Positions 55,401 to 64,000 of a stretch of 64,000 nt of DNA are shown here, piece after piece. The stretch's first letter is position 1. Each line of letters opens with the position of its first letter. Below the pieces are notes generated by a model. It ran no database searches, was not told the origin of the DNA, and saw nothing but the letters and a program-made list of their open reading frames with translations. Where the stretch lies: NCBI GenBank assembly GCA_964016885.1, contig OZ024749.1, positions 24,304,001 to 24,368,000 of the forward strand, written 5' to 3'. The stretch is from Eledone cirrhosa (taxonomy: Eukaryota). Made by a program: the position numbers and the translations under genes.

Positions 55401-55862
55401 GCTAACATCTCTGCTGATACATGGGAAAATATTGCTGCTGATCGTAATAAATGGAGAAAGACTGTATATGAGGGAAAAGTTGCCTTTGAGGCATCTCGAA
55501 TCGCATACGAGAAAGTAAAGCGGGATGTGAGGAAGGGCATTGCTGTTGCACTTCCAGACGGCACATGCAGCGTCTGTGTGAGACTCTGCCTAAGCAAAGC
55601 TGGACTCGAAAGTCATCTTCGCAGTCATAAAGTAAGACCAGTGGTTGACTACCAGGCTGCTGTTGGAGATGCTACTCATCATGCTTGCCAAACATGTGGT
55701 AGAGAATGTAAATCAGCAGGAGGGCTCAAGCGAGATGCAAAAGTACACGAACTCCAACCACAGCCGACTATTCACAGTGAATGTTTTGGTTGCCGACTCT
55801 GTGCAAGACAGTTTAGATCATTGGCTGGGCTAAAAAGCCACATTCGATCGCAGCGCTGTTAG
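52440..55862 (+). mobile_element. Decayed RTE-clade (BovB-like) LINE
   Basis: APE: WNVRTL, ALSETR, GVGFA, SVYAPT, LGDFNA, HLLDY, TDH. RT: NYRGISLLS, SQSGFR, FVDLTKAFDTV, YADD, YLGS, RWSGHL. Multiple frameshifts and stops. Confidence 0.92.
55317..55862 (+). pseudogene. RTE C-terminus with three C2H2-type zinc fingers
   Basis: CSVC..LESHLRSH; CQTC..LKRDAKVH; CRLC..LKSHIRSQ. Confidence 0.8.
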
Positions 55863-56145
55863 TTGGTATCGTGTGTGTGTGTATAGATATGTTTATGTGT
55901 GTGCGTGTATGTGTATATAGATATGTATATGTATATTATTATTGTTGTTGTCGTTATTATTATTGTTGTTATTATTGTTGTTATTATTATTATTATTATT
56001 GTTATGAATGTATGTGTGTGTGTTTTTGTGAGTGTGTATATATATATATATATATTTTTTTTTTTTATTTCTTATTTTTTTATTTATTTATTTCTTAATT
56101 TTTTTTCCCCTCGTGCAATGGCCATACTCGATAACGAGGGGGCAA

Positions 56146-56224
<79 letters not shown>

Positions 56225-56275
56225 ATATATATATATATATGTATGTATGTGTATATATATATATATGTATGTATG

Positions 56276-56308
<33 letters not shown>

Positions 56309-56473
56309 GTATATATATATATATGCATGTATGTATGTGTATATATATATATATATGTATGTGTGTATATATATATATATGTATGTATGTGTATATATAT
56401 ATATATATGTATGTATGTGTATATATATATATATATATGTATGTATGTGTATATATATATATGTATGTATGTG

Positions 56474-56506
<33 letters not shown>

Positions 56507-56578
56507 GTATATATATGTATGTATGTGTATTTATATATATATACATGTATTTATGTATGTATGTATATATATATGTAT

Positions 56579-57150
56579 CCCAGTACAACCTGTCTCATGG
56601 TCGGGTCGTTGGCGACTAAACTGGCAACCCCACCAAGGTTTCTTGGTGAGGAGGGTGACTTTGGACATCCTGCAGGACTAAAACCAAAACCTGTCAAAGG
56701 GCAAAGGAGCTCTTAAGAGTTAATGGCCATCCAAATTCAACGGGAGAGATGACCCCTTAGCCTTTGTCAAGGCAGAATTCTAGGAGAAGGAAAACTCTGA
56801 TATAACACCTGCAACCCTGATGGTATCCAATGATGTTGACTTGTTCTTCTTTTTGGTAAATATCATCTTGGTTAAGAGAGTGGGACTGGCTTTGTGCAGT
56901 GCCTTTGCTCACTATAAAAGCTTCATGGCACAGGCATTGCTTTATATCTGGAGATCTCTCGGCACTTGTCGTCATATGGTACCATGGGCCCAGCACAATG
57001 TGTCAATAATTGTCACAAGTGTAGTGTTTGTACCAGAATGTTCAAGTCGCTGGCTGGACTAAAAAGTCACAGTCGTTCAGCCCATCGGTAGGGGTTCTCC
57101 TACATGGATATAAAGTAGTGGACGTACTCGAAAACGAGTTGGCAGCCACC
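56579..57150 (+). mobile_element. Non-coding repeat resembling an RTE-type 5' UTR/SINE
   Basis: ggcgactaaactggcaacccca ... ctaggagaaggaaaactctg. Homologous to 48927-49150, and its 3' end resembles 56120-56150. Confidence 0.5.
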
Positions 57151-57313
57151 ATATATGTATGTGTATATATATATATATGTATGTATGCATGTATGTATGT
57201 ATGCGTGTATGTATATATATATATATGTATGTATGTGTATATATATATATATATTTATGTATGTATGTGTATATATATATATATGTATGTGTATTTATAT
57301 ATATATATATATG

Positions 57314-57354
<41 letters not shown>

Positions 57355-57384
57355 ATATATATATATATACGTATGTATATATAT

Positions 57385-58909
57385 GGAAAGTTATATTTAA
57401 TCTACGGACAAATTTATTCAGTTGCTGCAAACATAGATTAAACTCAACTTTTATATATAAATTTAAATTTAAAATGTAGTATATTTAGTTTGATTTATAA
57501 TTATATGGGAAACTTGCCGATAAATCTTTCGATTTCTTCTTTTTATTCTTTTTATTTTTATTTTTATTTTTATTTAAACATTCTTCATGAAAAATTAAGC
57601 TACCCTAAAAGTTGATGCTCCAAATATTTCGAATAAACGTTACACTAGATAAACTTCTATATTAAATATAAGAACACATGTAGACCAAATGGGCATCCTA
57701 AACTTTTTGAAATGATTTTTGCTAGATGCGATTTGATAAATAATTTTTAGCTTTATCTGTTTTTCGATTCTGATGCTTATAATGAACTTGGCAATATATT
57801 GTCAATTAATTTTGAAGGGTTGATCTTTGTGGTTTATTTTTATTATTGTAGTATTTTCTAATATTTTTATTTTTAATATGTAATGTTTTTAATATGTAAT
57901 ATTCTTTCGTAATATTTTTTAGTTTTCTATTTTATTATTATTTATTATTATTATTATTATTGTTATTTTTTGGTTTTGTTTCTGATATATATTTTTTTAT
58001 TAATATATTGAAATCTGCTCTCTATTTCTGCTTGATAGATAATCTTGTAGAGTAAAGACAATAGTAGTAATATAGACTCTATATATATATGTGTGTATAT
58101 ATATACACATATATGTATACTTAAATTTTTATAGCACAATGAGAATGTTTTCCGTGAACTTAGGGTTTGCAGAGTTGATCATGTAAATTCACATAGATGT
58201 TTGTAGTTATCACATAAACATATGAATTTTTTTTAAAAAACTAAACATAAGATCATTACTTTTCACACATTATGGATACATGTCTCATTCAGGAATACTG
58301 ATATTTACAATATAGTGGCTGGTTTTTATACATACTAATACCTCTACATTAAAACATAGGGTTTTTATGCCTCGCCTATGTCTGGTTATTTTTAATTTTT
58401 CTCTCTATATAACAGCTGGTTTCTCTCCTAACCACATATATCTCCCTTACATAAATAAATAAATAAATAAATGTATCATTGATACGTTTACTCAACGGAT
58501 GTTCCCACTACCTAGTTTTCTATATATATATATCTATCTCTATTTCCTCTCTCTCTCTATATATATATATCTCTCTGTTTCTTTACACGAAGTTCTTCTC
58601 TTTATCTATCTTTCCATCTCTCTATTTTGTTCCATGCATTTCTTCTTTTTCTTCTTTTTCTTCGTTTTCTGTCTTTCTTTCCTTTTTATCTCTTTCTTTC
58701 TCTCTGTGTACAATTTTTTCACTGCCAATTCAACTTTTCAAATACAAGTCGATGTTGTACGGTATGTCAAATCTATTTATCTATAAAACTGTTTATATTG
58801 TATTTTGTCTGAGGAAGGCATAGCATATTGTTAATATGATATCCCTGAAATATATATAATAAAATAAATATGGTTTTATAAATATAGTTTCCATTTATTT
58901 AATATTGTA
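57385..58909 (+). mobile_element. Diverged 3' fragment of Naiad family N2
   Basis: [24 protein letters not shown] plus a 3' UTR colinear with 25497-27047. HHR at 58801-58866. Confidence 0.88.
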
Positions 58910-58977
58910 TGTATATATATATATATATGTATGTGTATATATATATATATGTATGTGTATATATATAAATATGTATG

Positions 58978-59018
<41 letters not shown>

Positions 59019-59371
59019 GTATATATATATATATATATATGTATGTGTATATATATATATATATGTGTATATATATATATGTAAGTATGTATATATATAT
59101 ATATATATATGTATGAATGTGTATATATATATATATACATGTATGTGTATATATATATATGTATGTATGTGTATATATATATGTATTTGTATATATATAT
59201 ATATGTATGTATGTGTATATATATATATATACATGTATGTATGTGTATATATATATATATATGTATGTATGTGTATGTATATATATATATATATATATGT
59301 ATGAATGTGTATATATACATATATGTATGTATGTGTATATATATATGTATGTAAGTGTATATATATGTATG

Positions 59372-59414
<43 letters not shown>

Positions 59415-59435
59415 GTATATATATGTATGTATGTG

Positions 59436-59466
<31 letters not shown>

Positions 59467-59479
59467 GTGTATGTATATT

Positions 59480-59546
<67 letters not shown>

Positions 59547-59767
59547 GTATGTATGTGTATATATATATATATATGTATGTGTATAAATATATATATATAT
59601 ATGTATGTATATGTATATATATATATGTGTATGTATGTATGTGTATATATATATATATGTTTGTATGTATGTATATATATATATGTATAAGTATGTGTAT
59701 ATATATATATATATATGTATGTATGTGTATATATATATATATGTATGTGTATATATATATATGTATG

Positions 59768-59841
<74 letters not shown>

Positions 59842-60032
59842 GTATATATATATGTATGTGTATATATATATATATATGTATGTATGTGTATATATATATA
59901 TATATATATATGTATGCATGTATGTATATATATATATATATATATATATACGTTATCCGGGTTGAATCGGAGTTAACCACAGTAAGTAAGGTACTCAATA
60001 CATAGCAGAGTATAAAAGTTTGAATATAGATG

Positions 60033-60083
60033 AGATTCTACAGGACTAGAACTGTTTCATTCTTTAGAAATCATCAGGAATCT
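60033..60083 (-). ncRNA. Type I hammerhead motif
   Basis: agattc-CTGATGA-tttctaaagaat-GAAACAG-ttctagtc-CTGTA-gaatct. Confidence 0.85.
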
Positions 60084-60531
60084 GGGTATCAACAAATAAA
60101 AATGGTATTTATAGGTCTCTACAAGTGGTAGGAGAGGGTGGGGAGTGGGATGGGTGTAGGTCATTGGTTGATAGAAAAGGGAATTCATTAAAAGCTAATT
60201 CTACAAAGCTATAGTTTATTTTTATTTTTATTTATTTATGTTTTTAGAGTAACAAAGGCAGACAGAATTCTATAAACAGGTTCCGGATGGCATACCATTC
60301 CTTGTCATTAAGTTTCTGTTAAGCTAACAGATGTCTATAAGATCAGTGGGGGGTCAGTCATGGTAGAAAGAATTAAAGAAAAGGGAGGTTCTTTAAAAGC
60401 TAAAATCATTAAGGTTCTACTAAGTGACAAAGGTTTAGAGAATTATGTAGACAGATTCAAAATACTGAGTGCATATCTTACAATTATCTTGTGTGTATGT
60501 GTGTGTATATGTATATATGTCTGTGTATATG

Positions 60532-60573
<42 letters not shown>

Positions 60574-60732
60574 CTATGTGTCTTTATGTGTATATGTATA
60601 CACATGTATATTTGTGTTTGTATGTATGTGTGTGAGTGTATTTTTATATGTGTATGTATGTGTGTGTGTGTGTATATATATGTATGTGTGTGTGTATATA
60701 TGTGTGTGTGTATATATATATATGTATTTTTA

Positions 60733-60772
<40 letters not shown>

Positions 60773-61366
60773 TATATATGTGTGTATGTATATGTATGTA
60801 TGTGAATATATTTATATATATGTGTGTGTGTTTTTATGTGTGTATATGTGTATGGGTATGTGTGTTTATGGTTGCGGGTGAGTGTGTGAGTGAGTGTGTT
60901 TTTTTGTGAATGTGTCTGTTCATTTTTGGCATATAGTTGATTAGTTTAAGAGAAGTTCGAAGATAATTGTAAGATATGCACTCAGTATTTTGAATCTGTC
61001 TACATAATTCTCTAAACCTTTGTCACTTAGTAGAACCTTAATGATTTTAGCTTTTAAAGAACCCCCCTTTTCTTTAATTATTTCTACCATGACTGACCCC
61101 CCACTGATCTCATAGACATCTGTTAGCTTAACAGAAACTTAATGACAAGGAATGGTATGCCATCCGGAACCTGTTATATAGAATTCTGTCTGCCTTTGTT
61201 ACTCTAAAAACATAAATAAATAAAAATAAATTAAACTATAGCTTTGTAGAATTAGCTTTTAATGAATTCCCTTTTCTATCAACCAATGACCTACACCCAT
61301 CCCACTCCCCACCCTCTCCTACCACTTGTAGAGACCTATAAATACCATTTTTATTTTTTGATACCC

Positions 61367-61417
61367 AGATTCCTGATGATTTCTAAAGAATGAAACAGTT
61401 CTAGTCCTGTAGAACCT
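61367..61417 (+). ncRNA. Type I hammerhead motif
   Basis: Mirror of 60033-60083 with one stem I mismatch. TATAAATA at 61337. Confidence 0.8.
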
Positions 61418-61432
61418 AATCTATATTAAAAC

Positions 61433-61507
<75 letters not shown>

Positions 61508-61524
61508 TATAAAATATATATAAA

Positions 61525-61846
61525 ATATATATGTGTTGGTATGTATATTTAATCTTGATAGTTTGTATAATTTTGTATAATTTTGTACATAGATCTGTTG
61601 AATATGCATGCCAACTCTAACACATATATATCCTAGAAACGATCGTTAAATAATGAACTTTTTTTGTTTAATATAAGAAATTGTTTATTCATTATTTGTT
61701 TAATATTTTATCTTGACTCTGTATACCGTTTATCTTTCACCGAAAGTGATTTTTCATTACATCTCTTCTTTCCATGATATCCGGAATACATTGAGTTCTT
61801 CATACGGATTGGACACTACCGTAAACTCTTGGTAGATTTATCTACA
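61525..61846 (+). mobile_element. Truncated N1 pLTR
   Basis: Matches ~4674-4995, lacks CTGAAGA, and ends tctaca + (TA)n. Confidence 0.88.
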
Positions 61847-61867
61847 TATATATATATATATATGTAT

Positions 61868-61909
<42 letters not shown>

Positions 61910-61924
61910 CTATATATATATATG

Positions 61925-61967
<43 letters not shown>

Positions 61968-62014
61968 AAATATATATATGTAAGTATGTGTATATATATA
62001 TATATATACATGTA

Positions 62015-62073
<59 letters not shown>

Positions 62074-62108
62074 ATGTATGTGTATGTATATATATATATA
62101 TGTATGTG

Positions 62109-62153
<45 letters not shown>

Positions 62154-62266
62154 GTATATATATATATACATGTATGTGTACATATAGAAATATGTATGTA
62201 TGTGTATATATATATATATATTTGTATGTGTATATATATATGTATGTATATATATATATATGTATG

Positions 62267-62301
<35 letters not shown>

Positions 62302-62448
62302 GTATATATTTATATATATATGTGTGTATATATATATGTATATATGTATGTATATATATATGTATGTGTGTATATATATATATATATGTGTGTATATATA
62401 TATGTATATATGTGTATATATATATATATGTGTATATATATATATGTA

Positions 62449-62490
<42 letters not shown>

Positions 62491-62666
62491 TATATGTGTA
62501 TATATATATATGTATATATGTGTGTATATATATATATATATGTATCTATGTATATATATATATGTATGTATGTGTATATATATATATATATGTATGTGTG
62601 TATATATATATATGTATGTGTGTATATATATATACGTATGTATGTGTGTATATATATATATGTATG

Positions 62667-62712
<46 letters not shown>

Positions 62713-62732
62713 TATATATATATATATGTATG

Positions 62733-62767
<35 letters not shown>

Positions 62768-62936
62768 GTATATATATACATATATATATATATGTATGTA
62801 TGTGTGTGTATATATATGTATATATACATATATATGTATCTATGTGTGTGTGTTTATATATATATATGTATGTATGTGTGTGTATACATATATATGTATG
62901 TATGTGTGTATATATACATGTATATATGTATGTGTG

Positions 62937-62967
<31 letters not shown>

Positions 62968-63200
62968 ATATATATATGTATGTGTGTATATACATATATA
63001 AATGTATGTGTGTATATATATATATATATATGTATGTATGTGTGTGTATATATATGTATGTGGGTGTATATATATATATGTGTGTGTATATATATATGTA
63101 TGTATGTGTGTGTATATATATGTATGTATGTGTGTGTAGATATACGTATGTATGTGGGTGTATATATATATGTATGTGTGTGTATATATATATATATATA
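61847..63200. repeat. Compound (TA)n/(TG)n/(TATG)n microsatellite
   Basis: Read directly. Similar tracts occur at 48150-48925, 56150-56578, 58910-59950 and elsewhere. Confidence 0.97.
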
Positions 63201-63234
63201 TTTTCCTATATATATATATATAGGAAAATATATT

Positions 63235-63417
63235 TATAGGAAAATGTTTGACCCCGAGAGCTCAAGCCGTTTCGGCCCCTATTTCTGGTGGTCTCGAAAC
63301 GGCTTCAGCTCTGCCGTCTGGGTCAAAGCATTTCCTATTACCCACTCTACTACGCTAATATTGAGTACTCTGGTGCGTTATGGTCCATCTGGTTCCTCAC
63401 CTCACCTCCTTCGTTAT
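63235..63417 (+). mobile_element. Family D short fold-back insert with HHR 3' half
   Basis: GAAACGGC-ttcagctct-GCCGTC. The tail is an inverted homologue of 27717-27800. Confidence 0.68.
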
Positions 63418-64000
63418 ATATATATATATATATATTTATATGTATTAATAAGTACTCGGATATAACTATATATATATATATATATTCATACATGTGCCTG
63501 TGCTCACATGGATGTATGCGCGCGTTCTTTTCTTTTTTAGACATGTTGCTCACAAACTCTGTCCATTTAGTCCTGAATTTGTTTTTATCCTTCAAAATGT
63601 TGTACTTCTTCACTATCTTTATTTTGTTCTCTTTTCGTAACATATTTTCTACCTTCCTTTGTTTTATGTATTCTAGGTGCGTTAGGTATTTCAGCTTTGT
63701 TGCTTATCACCAAAGTATATTACTTTTGTCTGCATTCGTAGCTTTAGTTAATATATAGTATCGAAAGTACCGTACGTATCAGGTTTTCCCCATTAACTTC
63801 TCTCATATTTAAAGTTTCTAACGACTGAAAAATGATAGCAGAAAAAAATTGTAGTGTACCCATGATAAGCTTATAACTTTATAAATACATAGGACTATAC
63901 ACAACACATTCACTTTGGACGTCCCCCTCAGATAACAATGATCTCACCAAAGCAATATAGCGGACACATTTTAACATGTCCGCCACTCGACTAACAATAA

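Larger units (their letters stand above)
59950..61435. mobile_element. Fold-back HHR-bearing insert related to the N5 pLTR
   Basis: 60018-60490 is inverted relative to 60960-61433. HHRs at 60033-60083(-) and 61367-61417(+). Confidence 0.85.

Noticed and set aside
63490-64000. Lys-rich minus-strand ORF and gcggaca/tgtccgc hairpin
   Set aside because: It is truncated by the window edge, and no family or ribozyme fold could be supported.

Overview
AT-rich eukaryotic DNA made almost entirely of retroelements separated by (TA)n/(TG)n microsatellite. The repeat style suggests an invertebrate, possibly a cephalopod, but that is inference only. No host gene is recognisable, and nearly all I/Y/C/V/H/T-rich ORFs in the track are microsatellite artefacts. 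Real coding remnants: one near-intact Naiad-type Penelope-like element (PLE; RT + GIY-YIG, 5149-7592) in a partial tandem, fragments of at least six other PLE families, a decayed CR1-group LINE, an R4/Dong-type RLE LINE next to (TAA)n, and a decayed RTE LINE ending in three C2H2 fingers. Read by eye, most PLE-type inserts carry a type I hammerhead ribozyme (HHR) motif, about ten distinct families in all, most with a tiny palindromic stem III. Two non-coding tandem arrays (464 bp and 310 bp units) carry one HHR per unit and look like retrozymes. At least seven inserts are head-to-head fold-backs in which both outer ends are element 3' ends abutting (TA)n, usually with one long and one short family-specific endpoint. 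All folds and alignments were done manually, and boundaries are approximate (about +/-10-20 bp).
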